A DNA stretch of 62,049 nt from an uncultured Opitutales bacterium (GTDB lineage: Bacteria; Verrucomicrobiota; Verrucomicrobiia; Opitutales; JABSRG01): the NCBI GenBank assembly GCA_964417945.1, contig CAYQKH010000002.1:372-62420 (forward strand), read 5' to 3'. The position numbers and the translations under genes are program-made. The notes under the pieces were generated by a model. That model was not told where the DNA came from and did not search any database. It saw nothing but the letters and a program-made list of their open reading frames with translations. This document shows, one piece after another, positions 36,665 to 47,332 of the stretch. Positions within the stretch are counted from its first letter, which is position 1. Each line of letters starts with the position of its first letter.

Positions 36665-37446
36665 TTCCGGTAATCGTCCAGGCTGGGAAGAGGCTTGGCT
36701 ACCTGAACATTACTCGGAAATTCAAAAAGTTCATCATCGAGCGGCGGATTGACCTCTATTTCCTCAAATGTAATTATGTGTATTCGGCGCTCACCCCGCA
36801 AGGCCTCGATCTTACGCGGAAACTGAATGCCGTCCACCAGGATCATCCCAGACTCGATAAACTCCAGTCCGTCGTCCGTCCGCGATCCGACGAGTTCGCC
36901 GGTATGGCGGTCGAAGAAGCGGACGTAGGTCGGGGTTCCTCCAGGGTAAACTACGTGCAGCTCATAAACTGGACGGCCGCGGTATTCAGTCTCACCCCGG
37001 TGATGAATCTTCCCATGGTAGGCCACCGGCTTCGCGAAAAAGTGCAGGTTTTCCCAAGTACTAACCAGCATCCGGTTCAGGTTCTGGGGATCCATCACCT
37101 TTACCTCGGAAAGGCGCTCGTCGATGCCACGGATCAGGATCCAACCCTCATAGCCATTCACCGCCGTGATCTCGCCCATTCCACTCTCCGTTTCGATCTC
37201 AATCCGCTGTTGTAACGGTTTTTTCAGGTAAAGCGTGATGGTTCCGACACGGTCCCGGTCCGGGCTGTCGATCGTCCCGACATACTTCAGGCTTTGAATC
37301 GACTCCAGCTTCTCGTCCCCGCCTAAATGTTCCCTTGCCATTCGGATCAACGCCTCCGCTTCGGCCCCTTCCGGCAACTCCGCACCGGAAACCGAAAGGA
37401 CCGGGATGATGCAGGCGAGGAGGGCAATCAGGAGGTTACGGTTCAT
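36661..37446 (-). CDS. Exported LolA-like/outer-membrane lipoprotein-sorting-domain protein (tentative)
   Basis: Signal peptide MNRNLLIALLACIIPVLSVSGA. Beta-rich body with ...LYLKKPLQQRIEIE...AVNGYEGWIL... The stop overlaps the hisD start (ATGA at 36661-36664). Confidence 0.45.
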   Translation of the reverse strand: MNRNLLIALLACIIPVLSVSGAELPEGAEAEALIRMAREHLGGDEKLESIQSLKYVGTIDSPDRDRVGTITLYLKKPLQQRIEIETESGMGEITAVNGYEGWILIRGIDERLSEVKVMDPQNLNRMLVSTWENLHFFAKPVAYHGKIHHRGETEYRGRPVYELHVVYPGGTPTYVRFFDRHTGELVGSRTDDGLEFIESGMILVDGIQFPRKIEALRGERRIHIITFEEIEVNPPLDDELFEFPSNVQVAKPLPSLDDYRK

Positions 37447-37511
37447 CGCAGGTCGAAGGTATTCCATATAAGAAAATACATGTCGTGCCCGGTCAAGGTT
37501 CCGCAATCCCT

Positions 37512-39059
37512 TTATTCCCATTCGATCGTGCTCGGGGGCTTGGAACTGATATCCAGCACCACCCGGTTGACCCCGGACACTTCGTTGATGATCCGGGTGC
37601 TGATCGTTCGAAGAAGGTCGTGGGGCAACCGCGCCCAATCCGCCGTCATCGCATCGACACTCTCCACCACGCGGAGCGCGATGACGTTCTCGTAGGTGCG
37701 TTCGTCACCCATCACTCCGACCGTCTTCACCGGAAGGAAAACGCAAAAACTTTGCCAGACCTTGTAATAAAAACCCGATTTCATCATTTCCTCATGCAAG
37801 ATGGCGTCCGCCAGACGGAGGATTTTCAGATTCCGCCGCGTGATCGGCCCGATGATACGCACACCCAGACCCGGGCCGGGAAACGGCTGTCGCATCAGGA
37901 CCTCCTTCGGCAGCCCGAGGGCTGCCCCCACCTTGCGAACCTCATCCTTAAAAAGCTGGCTTACCGGTTCCAGCACCTTCAGTTTCATCCGCTTCGGAAG
38001 CCCGCCCACGTTGTGGTGGCTCTTGATCAAGGAAGCGGGATTCCCGCCGATGGGAATACTTTCGATGATATCCGGGTAAAGGGTTCCCTGCGCTAACCAG
38101 GCGTAATTTCCCTTCTGCTTCAACTTCAATACGGTGTCCTCGAAAACCTCGATAAAGACCTTGCCGATAATCTTCCGTTTCCGCTCCGGGTCCGTGACCT
38201 CTTTCAACGCCCCGAGAAAACGCTGGGCCGCCCGAACCACCTGGAGATCCAAGTGGAAGTGCTCCCCGTAAAGCCGTCGCACCTGTTCCCGTTCATTCAG
38301 GCGGAGCAACCCATTGTCCACAAAAACGCAGGTCAATTGCCTGCCCAGCGCACGGTGGAGCAATGCCGCCGTAACTGAGCTGTCCACCCCGCCGCTCAAG
38401 CCGAGGACGACCCGTTCCTTCCCCACCGTTTCCCTGATTAATTCCACCGCCTCTTCAATAAAATCCGCCATCGACCAGTCACCCTTGCACCCGCATATGC
38501 TGTAGAGGAAGTTCTGGATTACTTCATTGCCACGCTCGCTGTGGTGAACTTCCGGGTGGAACTGCAATCCGTAAAAGTGCCGTTTCGGATCCTGAATCAC
38601 CGCATAGCTGCTGTTTTCCGTCGTTCCGATCGCCTCGAATCCACTGGGCAAGCGGGTCAATCGGTCACCGTGCGAATTCCACACCCGCAGCTCCTTTGGT
38701 AGACGCTGAAAGAGACGGCCTTTCTTCCGCACGGTCAGCTGCCCATGCCCGAACTCACGCTGACTGCTTTTTTCCACTTTCCCTCCGAGCAGGTGTCCCA
38801 TCAACTGCAACCCGTAGCAAATGCCCAACACCGGCACCCCGAGTTTGTAAAGCTCTCGGTCTGGCATCGGTGCCTTCGAGGAAAGCACGCTCGCCGGCCC
38901 CCCCGAGCAGATGATGCCCATGACCCCGTCTTTCTTCAGCTCCGCCGCCGATACATCGTATGGGACTATCTTGGAATAGACGCTGCATTCGCGAATTCGG
39001 CGGGCGATTACCTGCGTATACTGGGAACCAAAATCTAGAACGGCTACGGTCTGGTGCAT
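37512..39059 (-). CDS. guaA: GMP synthase (glutamine-hydrolysing)
   Basis: [34 protein letters not shown]-loop, and C-terminal ...KPPSTIEWE. Confidence 0.97.
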   Translation of the reverse strand: MHQTVAVLDFGSQYTQVIARRIRECSVYSKIVPYDVSAAELKKDGVMGIICSGGPASVLSSKAPMPDRELYKLGVPVLGICYGLQLMGHLLGGKVEKSSQREFGHGQLTVRKKGRLFQRLPKELRVWNSHGDRLTRLPSGFEAIGTTENSSYAVIQDPKRHFYGLQFHPEVHHSERGNEVIQNFLYSICGCKGDWSMADFIEEAVELIRETVGKERVVLGLSGGVDSSVTAALLHRALGRQLTCVFVDNGLLRLNEREQVRRLYGEHFHLDLQVVRAAQRFLGALKEVTDPERKRKIIGKVFIEVFEDTVLKLKQKGNYAWLAQGTLYPDIIESIPIGGNPASLIKSHHNVGGLPKRMKLKVLEPVSQLFKDEVRKVGAALGLPKEVLMRQPFPGPGLGVRIIGPITRRNLKILRLADAILHEEMMKSGFYYKVWQSFCVFLPVKTVGVMGDERTYENVIALRVVESVDAMTADWARLPHDLLRTISTRIINEVSGVNRVVLDISSKPPSTIEWE

Positions 39060-39093
39060 GGATTCTCGGTGAGAAGATTGCCCCCGCCAGGCA

Positions 39094-39327
39094 TTAAAAG
39101 CGCAGCGGAATATTCACGTGTCTACAATCGGGACAGGCCGCTGTGCGCGTCCCATCTTTGAAGGAATAGATACGGTTGCATCGAACACAAACAAAGACCG
39201 TCGGATTGCGCAGGTTTTCATACTGCCTCCGGTCCCGTCGATCGTAATACAGCCAAAGCCCGAAGATCAGGAACAGGCCTGTTGTCAGGTAAAGGGTCGC
39301 CAACAAGCTGATGTCTATGAAAATCAT
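39094..39327 (-). CDS. Small membrane-anchored zinc-ribbon protein (77 aa), hypothetical
   Basis: TM helix [23 protein letters not shown] followed by CVRC-x16-CPDC. The start is set at MIFIDI (39327). Confidence 0.5.
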   Translation of the reverse strand: MIFIDISLLATLYLTTGLFLIFGLWLYYDRRDRRQYENLRNPTVFVCVRCNRIYSFKDGTRTAACPDCRHVNIPLRF

Positions 39328-39489
39328 TACTTTAATCTGAGTGCACACCCCTTGTCGGACAACTCCAATCCAGGGAATCCTCGTCGTCGCCCCCCCCCTG
39401 CTACAAACTAGCGTAACAACTTTACCGGTTACCGATCCGGTCAACCCCGAAAGTCGCCTCCGGAATAAGCCCGAAAGTTTTTTCCGACC

Positions 39490-40086
39490 TCAACTCTCCT
39501 TTGAATCGTCCGACTCCGGATTTTTCGCATCAGACGTGTCGCTTCCTTCAGGGGTATCCATCTCTTCGGCCTCCGCCTTCGGCTCTTCCGATTCCGGCTC
39601 GGATTCGGGGGCTTCTTTTGCGGAAGCTCCTGCACCCGCGGGGGCCGTCGCCGTGGCCTTCGCCTTCTTCCGGGAAGGTTTACGCCGCTTTGAATAACCC
39701 TCGTCAGAGGCAGAAATTAATTCGATCAAGGCCATTTCTGCGCCGTCACCGGTCCGGGGAATCAGCTTGTAAATCCGAGTGTAGCCCCCTTCGCGGTTCA
39801 GGAATTGGTCGACCAGCTCGTTGAATAGATACTGCACAACCTCCGGGCTGCGGACCTTGGTTAGGGCCTGACGACGGTAGTGCAGCGCTTTTTGCGGATC
39901 ATTCGCCTTTCGGGCCTTCTTCGCCGTGGTGATCACCTTTTCCGTAAAAGGACGCAGCGCTTTGGCCTTTGCGAGGGTTGTTCGGATCCGGCCGTGCCTC
40001 AACAGGGACGCTGCCATGTTCGAGAGGAGAGCCGCTCGATGGGCCGTTTTTACTCCCAGTTGGTGTCTGTGCTTTGCGTGGCGCAT
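39490..40086 (-). CDS. rplQ: 50S ribosomal protein L17 with an acidic/Lys/Ala-rich C-terminal extension of about 70 aa
   Basis: [46 protein letters not shown]. Confidence 0.96.
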   Translation of the reverse strand: MRHAKHRHQLGVKTAHRAALLSNMAASLLRHGRIRTTLAKAKALRPFTEKVITTAKKARKANDPQKALHYRRQALTKVRSPEVVQYLFNELVDQFLNREGGYTRIYKLIPRTGDGAEMALIELISASDEGYSKRRKPSRKKAKATATAPAGAGASAKEAPESEPESEEPKAEAEEMDTPEGSDTSDAKNPESDDSKES

Positions 40087-40106
40087 GAAAGGAATGAGGT
40101 AGAGGT

Positions 40107-41105
40107 TCAGTCGGCAATCTTTTCCAGCAGCCGCTCGTCGATCTTCATCCCGAGTGAGAGTCCGAGCTGCTCTAGTTTCGCCTTGATTTCGTTGAGCGAC
40201 TTCTTCCCGAAGTTTCTGTATTTTAGCATCTCCTGCTCGCTCTTCATCGCCAATTCACCAACGGTTGTGATGTTGGCGTTGTTGAGACAATTCGCCGCCC
40301 GAACCGATAGTTCGATCTCGTTTACGCTCATGTTCAAAAGCTTGCGCAAGCGGTTCTGTTCCTCGCTAATTTCTTTGGACTCGCTCTCAAATTCGATGTC
40401 TTCTTCAGAGATCTGCTCGAAAATGTCCACATGATGCTTGAGGATCGCGCCCGACTGCTTCAGTGCTTCATCGGGTGTAATGCGCCCGTCCGTCCAGATT
40501 TCCAGAATCAGTCGATCGTAGTCTGTCATTTGACCCACCCGCGTGTTTTCCACTGAATACTTTACCAATTTTACCGGGCTGAACAGCGAATCGATCGGGA
40601 TCACTCCGATGGCCTGTTCCTCTTTTTTGTTCAATTCCCCGGGGCAATATCCGCGGCCGGTCCGGATTTCCAATTCCGCGAGAAAACGCATCGACTTGTT
40701 CAGCGTGCAGATCACCTGGTCCGGGTTGATGACTTCCACGTTTGCGTCCTGCTGAATATCCGCCGCGGTGACCTCACCCTCTTTGTTCACATCGATCAGG
40801 AGTTTGATTTCGTTCCGCTTGTGGGACACGAAGAGCACTTTCTTCAGGTTCAGAACAATGTCTGTGACATCCTCCATGATCCCTTCCACGCTCTGAAACT
40901 CGTGGTCCACCCCGTCGATTTTAATCGAAGAAATAGCCGTTCCTTCGATTGAGCTCAGCAGAACCCGGCGAAGGGTGTTCCCCAAGGTGTGCCCATATCC
41001 CGTCTCAAATGGCTCGGCGACAAATTTGGCGTATACATCGGTAGCTGATTCTTCGTCTTTAATCAGCCGGTTGGGTAATTCGAACTTTCCTAGGCGCTTC
41101 GGCAT
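40107..41105 (-). CDS. rpoA: DNA-directed RNA polymerase subunit alpha
   Basis: [25 protein letters not shown]; C-terminal domain [21 protein letters not shown]. Confidence 0.97.
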   Translation of the reverse strand: MPKRLGKFELPNRLIKDEESATDVYAKFVAEPFETGYGHTLGNTLRRVLLSSIEGTAISSIKIDGVDHEFQSVEGIMEDVTDIVLNLKKVLFVSHKRNEIKLLIDVNKEGEVTAADIQQDANVEVINPDQVICTLNKSMRFLAELEIRTGRGYCPGELNKKEEQAIGVIPIDSLFSPVKLVKYSVENTRVGQMTDYDRLILEIWTDGRITPDEALKQSGAILKHHVDIFEQISEEDIEFESESKEISEEQNRLRKLLNMSVNEIELSVRAANCLNNANITTVGELAMKSEQEMLKYRNFGKKSLNEIKAKLEQLGLSLGMKIDERLLEKIAD

Positions 41106-41168
41106 GGTATGGCTTCTCTGTTCAAGGATTGGATGTGAAAGGAATTTCGGTCGACTGCTCGCTGCCGT

Positions 41169-41777
41169 TTAGCGCGAGTAAAACTCAACGATCAACTGGA
41201 TGTTGATCCCGGTTTCCAGCTCTTCATGTTCCGGGGTCCGGCTGATCGTTCCTTTGAGTTGGTCGGCGTCGAGGGTCAACCAGGTCGGAGGGGTGCGATA
41301 CTGGTTGTCTTCCAGGTTACGGGTTGCCACTTGGCGGCTGGAACTGCGTCCGCGCACCTGAATTTCGTCCCCGGGAGAAACCTGATAGCTCGCAATGTCG
41401 ACCTTCTGCCCGTTGACCGCAATGTGGCCGTGGTTCACGAATTGACGAGCGGCCGCACGGGTCTTTGTGAACCCGAGAAGATAGGTGGCGTTATCCAGTC
41501 GTGTTTCCAGCAGTTGGAGGAAAATTTCACCGGTGACCCCCCGTTGGCGTTTTGCACGCTCGAACGTAAGCCGGAACTGCTTTTCCGTCAGCCCATACAT
41601 GAAACGAAGCTTTTGCTTTTCGTTTAAACCGAGCGCGTAATCGCTCAGCTTGCGGCGCAGACGAGGCCCGTGCTGCCCGGGAGGATGTGGACGGCGCTCG
41701 AAGGATTTGTTCGGCGGGAAAATGGCTTGGCCGAAACGGCGGTTGATGCGGGTAGTCGGTCCGGTATAACGAGACAT
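41169..41777 (-). CDS. rpsD: 30S ribosomal protein S4
   Basis: MSRYTGPTTRINRRFG...; S4 RNA-binding domain RLDNATYLLGF. Confidence 0.97.
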   Translation of the reverse strand: MSRYTGPTTRINRRFGQAIFPPNKSFERRPHPPGQHGPRLRRKLSDYALGLNEKQKLRFMYGLTEKQFRLTFERAKRQRGVTGEIFLQLLETRLDNATYLLGFTKTRAAARQFVNHGHIAVNGQKVDIASYQVSPGDEIQVRGRSSSRQVATRNLEDNQYRTPPTWLTLDADQLKGTISRTPEHEELETGINIQLIVEFYSR

Positions 41778-41822
41778 CTTTTAAGGAAGCGGAAGGTTTG
41801 GGGGGGAAGTTCAGGTTCGAAT

Positions 41823-42365
41823 TTAGACGCGGCGGCGTTTTGGGGGACGGCAGCCGTTGTGCGGTACCGGGGTAACATCCACGATCGATAGGACATTCAG
41901 GCCGAGGTTTTGCAGTGCGCGGATGGCGGAATCCCGCCCCATCCCCGGTCCTTTTACCTTCACGACGATATCTTTCATCCCGTGCGACATTGCAACCCGG
42001 CCGGCATCCTGCGTCACGATTTGCGCCGCGTAAGCAGTCGACTTCCGCGACCCGCGGAAATTACACTTTCCGGCGCTCGACCAGGAGATCACGTTCCCTT
42101 TCTCATCGCTGAACGTTACCTTGGTGTTGTTGAAGGTGGCCAGTATGTTGACGATTCCGCTTGTTATGTTTTTGCTCCCTTTTGCTCGGCGGATCTTGAT
42201 TTCCCCAAGATCGCTCTTCAGGAGATCGGCCGCCGTCTCCTCCTTTTTTTCCGGCTGAGCCTCATTCGCTTCCGGGACGGAATTGGCGGATTTCGGAGCC
42301 TCCGCTTGCGCGGTGACGGCTTCTTCCGTTTTGTTTTCTTCGGGGGCGGGTTTTTCGTCGCTCAT
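41823..42365 (-). CDS. rpsK: 30S ribosomal protein S11 with a Glu/Ala/Lys-rich N-terminal extension of about 50 aa
   Basis: [30 protein letters not shown]...[13 protein letters not shown]. Confidence 0.96.
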   Translation of the reverse strand: MSDEKPAPEENKTEEAVTAQAEAPKSANSVPEANEAQPEKKEETAADLLKSDLGEIKIRRAKGSKNITSGIVNILATFNNTKVTFSDEKGNVISWSSAGKCNFRGSRKSTAYAAQIVTQDAGRVAMSHGMKDIVVKVKGPGMGRDSAIRALQNLGLNVLSIVDVTPVPHNGCRPPKRRRV

Positions 42366-42386
42366 GGGTGCTGATAAAGGTAAAGT

Positions 42387-42761
42387 TTATTTCTTCCGAA
42401 CCACTCCGACTGTTTTCTTGGCGCCCTTTCGAGTTCGGGCGTTTGTGTTTGTCCGCTGACCCCGCACCGGCAGGCTTCGCTGGTGCCGGATCCCGCGGTA
42501 ACAACGGATCGCCATTAAACGCTTCAGGTTCCCGGTAATCTCCCGCCGCAAGTCCCCTTCGATCGCGAACTTTTCTTCCGTGATCAAATGGGTAATCTTG
42601 TTTAATTCCGACTCGGAGAGGTTGTCCGCACGGGTATTCGGATCGATTTCGCTCTTCGCCACAATTTCGCGGGCGCGAGTGGGCCCAACCCCGTAAATGT
42701 AGCGAAGGGAGTATTCGATTTTTTTATTGCCGGGGATGTCGACACCAAGAATTCGTGGCAT
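42387..42761 (-). CDS. rpsM: 30S ribosomal protein S13
   Basis: MPRILGVDIPGNKKIEYSLRYIYGVGPTRA. Confidence 0.97.
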   Translation of the reverse strand: MPRILGVDIPGNKKIEYSLRYIYGVGPTRAREIVAKSEIDPNTRADNLSESELNKITHLITEEKFAIEGDLRREITGNLKRLMAIRCYRGIRHQRSLPVRGQRTNTNARTRKGAKKTVGVVRKK

Positions 42762-42835
42762 AGTCAGAAATTGGTTTAAGTCCTTTAATAGGGAGAAACA
42801 GATTAAAATAAGGAAGTTGACGGTTTTGAAAAGAA

Positions 42836-43651
42836 TTATTTTTCCGGAAACGTTAAAATTTCAGCTTTTCTGGGCTGGATAAGAACGGTGTGTTCGAAAT
42901 GCGCGGTCGGCAGGCGATCCCTTGAGACGGCCGTCCAACCGTCCGCAAGGACATCTACTTCGGGGCCGCCCATGTTGACCATTGGCTCGATCGCAAGGGT
43001 CATCCCCGTCTTCAGCTTCGGGCCGGTTCCCCGGCGGCCGAAGTTGGGAATCTGAGGTTCCTCATGCATCGACTTCCCAACGCCATGGCCTACGAAGTCG
43101 CGCACGACGCTGTAACCACGTTTTTCAACAAATTGCTGGATGGCCGCGGAAACATCACCGACCCGGTTCGAGGCGGTCGCCTTTTGAATTCCCGCAAAGA
43201 GGGCTCGCTCCGTCGTTTCAACCAGCTTCCGGGTTTCCTCGGCCAACTCCCCCACCCCGACCGTTTTGGCATTATCTCCAACAAAGCCTTCGTAGACGAT
43301 ATTCACGTCCAGAGTTACGATATCCCCATTTTTTAGGGTGTGCTTCAGACTGCCGATGCCGTGAACGACTTCCTCGTTGACGGAGATGCAACTGTAAGCC
43401 GGGAAAACTCGGGAGCCGACACGGTAATTAAAGCAGGCACTGACCGCCCCGTAGGCATCCATCAGCTTTTTCGATTCCTGGTCGAGATCGTAGGTCGTCA
43501 CGCCGGGTTCCACCATCGATTCGAGGCGGTCCAGGATGGTCGCCGCCACCGTGCAGGCCTGGCGCATCCGGCCCAGTTCGTCTCCGGTCTTAATCGGAAT
43601 GGTGGCGGATCGGCGAAGCATCTCGGAGTTCAGGCTCGGTAAATTTTTCAA
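42836..43651 (-). CDS. map: Type I methionine aminopeptidase
   Basis: VCFNYR.., VHGI, DVNIVYEGFVGD, FVGHGVG and AHFEHTVLI metal ligands. The start may be the Met at 43621. Confidence 0.94.
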   Translation of the reverse strand: MKNLPSLNSEMLRRSATIPIKTGDELGRMRQACTVAATILDRLESMVEPGVTTYDLDQESKKLMDAYGAVSACFNYRVGSRVFPAYSCISVNEEVVHGIGSLKHTLKNGDIVTLDVNIVYEGFVGDNAKTVGVGELAEETRKLVETTERALFAGIQKATASNRVGDVSAAIQQFVEKRGYSVVRDFVGHGVGKSMHEEPQIPNFGRRGTGPKLKTGMTLAIEPMVNMGGPEVDVLADGWTAVSRDRLPTAHFEHTVLIQPRKAEILTFPEK

Positions 43652-43667
43652 GAACGGGTAGCCGGAC

Positions 43668-45179
43668 TCAGGTGTTGAAAAACGAGAGGATCAGACCGAG
43701 CGAAAGAAGGACGCCGGCAATCAGGATGAACGGTTTCCAGAGGTCGAGGGACTCCTTCCAGTTCTGGTCGGGAAGCGCCTGACGGGAACGGGACGAGCGG
43801 CCCCGGATCCGCCCCTTCTTTAGAAAACCGTCGTAATGGCGCTGCAAGAGGTAGGTCTCCACCTGCCGCATCGTATCGAGAACGACCCCCACCGTGATCA
43901 ACATGCCGGTTCCCCCAAAAAAGAGGGCAACACGGAAGGGGATTTTGTAAAAGTTCAACAGCATGTCCGGAAAGACCGCGATAATCGTAAGGAAGGTCGC
44001 GCCCGCGAAGGTCAAACGGGTCATCGTGTAGTCCAGAAAGCGTGCCGTCGGCTCGCCAGGACGCACCCCGGGGACATACCCCCCATACTTTTTCAGATCA
44101 TCCGCAATCTGGATCGGTTTAAACATGATCGAGACCCAGAAGTAACTGAATATGAAGATGAGGAGACCGTAGGTCGTATAATAACCCCAAGTCCCCCAAG
44201 CGATGAATTCCGCCATCCGCTGGAAAAAAACCACTCCTGTCGCGCCATAGAGAAAGGTCAGGATCTGATTTGGAAACATCAGGATGGCACTCGCGAAAAT
44301 AACCGGCATCACGCCCGAGTAATTGACTTTTAGCGGTAGAAAGGAACTCTGCCCGCCATAGACCTTCCGCCCAACCACTCGCTTCGCGTATTGGACGGGG
44401 ATTTTCCGTTGCCCTTGCGTCACCGCCACCAGCCCCGCGACCACCACGAAGAAAAGCACCCCCATCAGGATCCCCTGCGGCAATCCGAGGGATTGCGTTT
44501 CCGCACCCACCGGAGTGTTGAACATCGTGATCAGCTGCGAGACTGCGCCCGGGAGGTCCGCCAGAATACTGACCGTGATCAGCAGCGAAATTCCGTTACC
44601 AATGCCCCGCTGGGTAATCTGCTCTCCCAACCAAACGAGGATCATCGCCCCGGAGGTCAGGAAGAGGGTCGAGGTGATCATGAACCACGTCGCGTTCACG
44701 ATAATGATCGGACCATAGACATTCGGGTCGAATCCCTGAATTAGCGCGCCAGGGTTCCGGGTCAGGGCCGATAAGAGAAGAATCGATTGCACCAGGCAAA
44801 TCGCAATCGTCAGGTAGCGGGTAAACTGGTTGATCTTCTGGCGACCGATGTCCCCCTCCTGCTGGAGACGGGCAATCGTCGGGAAAACCGCTCCCATCAA
44901 CTGCATGATGATCGACGCAGAAATATAGGGCATAATTCCCAGTGCGAAGATTGCCCCGTTCAGCAGGGCTCCGCCCGTAAACATATTGTAGAGCCCGAGG
45001 AGACCGCCCCCCGCCCCGGTATTCGCGACATCGGCGAAAAAATCACGAATCGGCGAAGGATCAAATCCCGGCAGGGGGATATTGGCTCCCACCCGGGCGA
45101 TGAAGAGCATCGCGATCGTGAAGATGATCCGTTGCCGAAGCTCGGGTATCTTCAGGCTGTTGGTGAACGCGGAAAGCAT
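43668..45179 (-). CDS. secY: Preprotein translocase SecY with a C-terminal tail of about 42 aa containing an extra hydrophobic helix
   Basis: GIMPYISASIIMQLM and the 10-TM core end at ...YDGFLKKGRIRGR. The protein then continues SSRSRQALPDQNWKESLDLWKPFILIAGVLLSLGLILSFFNT. Confidence 0.95.
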   Translation of the reverse strand: MLSAFTNSLKIPELRQRIIFTIAMLFIARVGANIPLPGFDPSPIRDFFADVANTGAGGGLLGLYNMFTGGALLNGAIFALGIMPYISASIIMQLMGAVFPTIARLQQEGDIGRQKINQFTRYLTIAICLVQSILLLSALTRNPGALIQGFDPNVYGPIIIVNATWFMITSTLFLTSGAMILVWLGEQITQRGIGNGISLLITVSILADLPGAVSQLITMFNTPVGAETQSLGLPQGILMGVLFFVVVAGLVAVTQGQRKIPVQYAKRVVGRKVYGGQSSFLPLKVNYSGVMPVIFASAILMFPNQILTFLYGATGVVFFQRMAEFIAWGTWGYYTTYGLLIFIFSYFWVSIMFKPIQIADDLKKYGGYVPGVRPGEPTARFLDYTMTRLTFAGATFLTIIAVFPDMLLNFYKIPFRVALFFGGTGMLITVGVVLDTMRQVETYLLQRHYDGFLKKGRIRGRSSRSRQALPDQNWKESLDLWKPFILIAGVLLSLGLILSFFNT

Positions 45180-45221
45180 GAAAGGTTAAAAGGCGGGCAG
45201 GTTTTGGAGTTCGGGCAGGAA

Positions 45222-45716
45222 TCAGGAGGATTCGGAATCAGGGGAGTCGGCTTCTTCGGCTTTCGCCTCAGCGGTCTCCGCTTCCAGGGTGATCACCGTT
45301 CCGCCCGCTTTTTCAATCTTCCTGACGGCAGAGGAGGAAAACTTATGGGCATGCACAACCAGGGCACGATCCAGCTCCCCATCTCCAAGGATCTTAACCC
45401 GCATACTTCCCTTCCGGATCAGCCCGGCCGCTTCAAGCGCGCTCGGATCGATCGTGTCGGCTTCCACCCGGGCGAGGTCGCCAAGGTTGACCACCGCATA
45501 TTGCGTCCGGAAGTTCTTGTTGTTGAATCCACGTCGGGGTAGTCGGCGGTAGAGAGGGATGTGCCCCGACTCAAAACCGGGGCGCTGGCTGAAGCCGGAG
45601 CGGCTCTTCTGTCCTTTTTGCCCGCGCCCGGAGGTCTTTCCGTGGCCGCTCCCCTCGCCCTTTCCAACCCGCTTTCTCGGGCGGTTCGGGCCTTTCGGTA
45701 ATTGATTTAAACGCAT
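45222..45716 (-). CDS. rplO: 50S ribosomal protein L15
   Basis: MRLNQLPKGPNRPRKRVGKGEGSGHGKTSGRGQKGQ. Confidence 0.96.
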   Translation of the reverse strand: MRLNQLPKGPNRPRKRVGKGEGSGHGKTSGRGQKGQKSRSGFSQRPGFESGHIPLYRRLPRRGFNNKNFRTQYAVVNLGDLARVEADTIDPSALEAAGLIRKGSMRVKILGDGELDRALVVHAHKFSSSAVRKIEKAGGTVITLEAETAEAKAEEADSPDSESS

Positions 45717-45736
45717 CGTATCAGGAGGTTAAAAGT

Positions 45737-46315
45737 TTAGGATTCTTCGCCGGCCTCGTGGGCGTTAGCTTTAATGTCTTCCAGGGTTTCTTCGATGTCC
45801 GCGTCGTTGACCGACCGGCGTAATTCCCGCACAGCATCGTGTGAGCGAAGCTGTTTCAGTCCGTCAAGCGTCGCATTTACCACTGCGAGGTGGTTGTTCG
45901 ATCCGAGGGACTTGGAGAGGACGTTCTTTATCCCCACCGATTCCAGGACGGCGCGCACCCCACCTCCCGCGATGACTCCCGTCCCTTCAGATGCAGGACG
46001 CAGCAGAACCTTCCCGCCGTCGGCCTCGCCAAGAACCTGGTGGGGAATCGTGTCCCCGTTCAGCTGGATCTCGATCAATTGCTTCTGGGCTCTCTCGGTG
46101 CCCTTTCGGATGGCTTCGGGTACTTCTTTGGCCTTTCCGTATCCGACACCAACTTTGCCATTTTGGTCTCCGCTGACGACAAGGGCGGAAAAACTAAAGC
46201 GGCGGCCGCCTTTCACGACCTTGGCGCAGCGATTGATAAAGACGACTTTGTCGACGTAGGTGGGCCCCTCAGATTCGGCTGCAGCCGACGGGTAGTTGCG
46301 ATTCGCATTACTCAT
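45737..46315 (-). CDS. rpsE: 30S ribosomal protein S5
   Basis: [39 protein letters not shown]. The start at Met 46315 avoids overlap with rplR. Confidence 0.96.
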   Translation of the reverse strand: MSNANRNYPSAAAESEGPTYVDKVVFINRCAKVVKGGRRFSFSALVVSGDQNGKVGVGYGKAKEVPEAIRKGTERAQKQLIEIQLNGDTIPHQVLGEADGGKVLLRPASEGTGVIAGGGVRAVLESVGIKNVLSKSLGSNNHLAVVNATLDGLKQLRSHDAVRELRRSVNDADIEETLEDIKANAHEAGEES

Positions 46316-46326
46316 ACTAAATAAGA

Positions 46327-46689
46327 TTAAAAGTTTAGGCCGGCCTCCCGGGCCGCGTCGGCAAAGGCCTTGACACATCCATGGTAGCGACGCCCCCCAC
46401 GATCGAAAACTACCCGCTCGGTTCCTGCCGCCTTCGCGCGTTCACCGATCATCTTCCCCAGCTCCGTCGCCCCGGTTACCGTCGCCCGCAGGTTTTGGTC
46501 CCGAAGATCTTTGTCCAGGGAGGATACGTAAAGCAAGGTTTTGCCTGCTTCATCGTCAATGCACTGTGCGTAAATGTGCTTGTTACTAAAATGCACGGAG
46601 AGTCGCGGACGCTCCGTCGTCCCGGAGACTTTTTTGCGAATCCGCCAGCGGCGCTTTTGCAGAAGTTCTTTTTTCTTGTCCAGTTTCAT
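46327..46689 (-). CDS. rplR: 50S ribosomal protein L18
   Basis: [30 protein letters not shown]. Confidence 0.96.
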   Translation of the reverse strand: MKLDKKKELLQKRRWRIRKKVSGTTERPRLSVHFSNKHIYAQCIDDEAGKTLLYVSSLDKDLRDQNLRATVTGATELGKMIGERAKAAGTERVVFDRGGRRYHGCVKAFADAAREAGLNF

Positions 46690-46706
46690 GATCTTGCCTC
46701 CCGAAA

Positions 46707-47243
46707 TTAAGCGGTTTTCTTACCTTCCTTGCGGCGGACAAAGTCACCGACCACCCGGACTCCCTTACCTTTGTAAGGTTCCACCGGATAGTAGGACTTG
46801 ATCGCGGCGGTCACCTGACCGACCAGCTGCTTGTCCGCACCCTCCACCTTTACTTTGGTGTTTTCCGCCACCGTGACCGTGATCCCGTCCGGGATCGGGT
46901 GCTGGATCGGGTGCGAATACCCGAGGGAGAGATCCAAAACCTTCCCCTGCACGGAGGCGCGAAAACCAACACCATGGATTTCCAGGTCCTTGGAATAGCC
47001 TGTCAGGACACCCTCCACCATGTTGTTGATGATTGAGCGCGCCGTTCCCTGCATGGAACGGGCGAGACGGCTCCGATTGGCCGGCTCGACCTTGATCTGG
47101 CCTTCGGTTTCCTCAATCGCCACACAACGGTGGAATGTCTTTTCCAGTTTTCCTTTGGGTCCCTCGACACGGATCGTGTTCCCATTAAGTTCCACCTTTA
47201 CCTTATCTGGTAGGGTGACGGGCAGTTTTCCAATTCTACTCAT
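46707..47243 (-). CDS. rplF: 50S ribosomal protein L6
   Basis: [19 protein letters not shown]...GYSHPI. Confidence 0.97.
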   Translation of the reverse strand: MSRIGKLPVTLPDKVKVELNGNTIRVEGPKGKLEKTFHRCVAIEETEGQIKVEPANRSRLARSMQGTARSIINNMVEGVLTGYSKDLEIHGVGFRASVQGKVLDLSLGYSHPIQHPIPDGITVTVAENTKVKVEGADKQLVGQVTAAIKSYYPVEPYKGKGVRVVGDFVRRKEGKKTA

Positions 47244-47332
47244 GATGTCTCGAATTATGGAACGGGACGGCCGGTCTAACGCGCCTTGGGGCCCCGCCCT
47301 GCATTCTTATGTTGGTTGCGTGTGCGTAAAAA

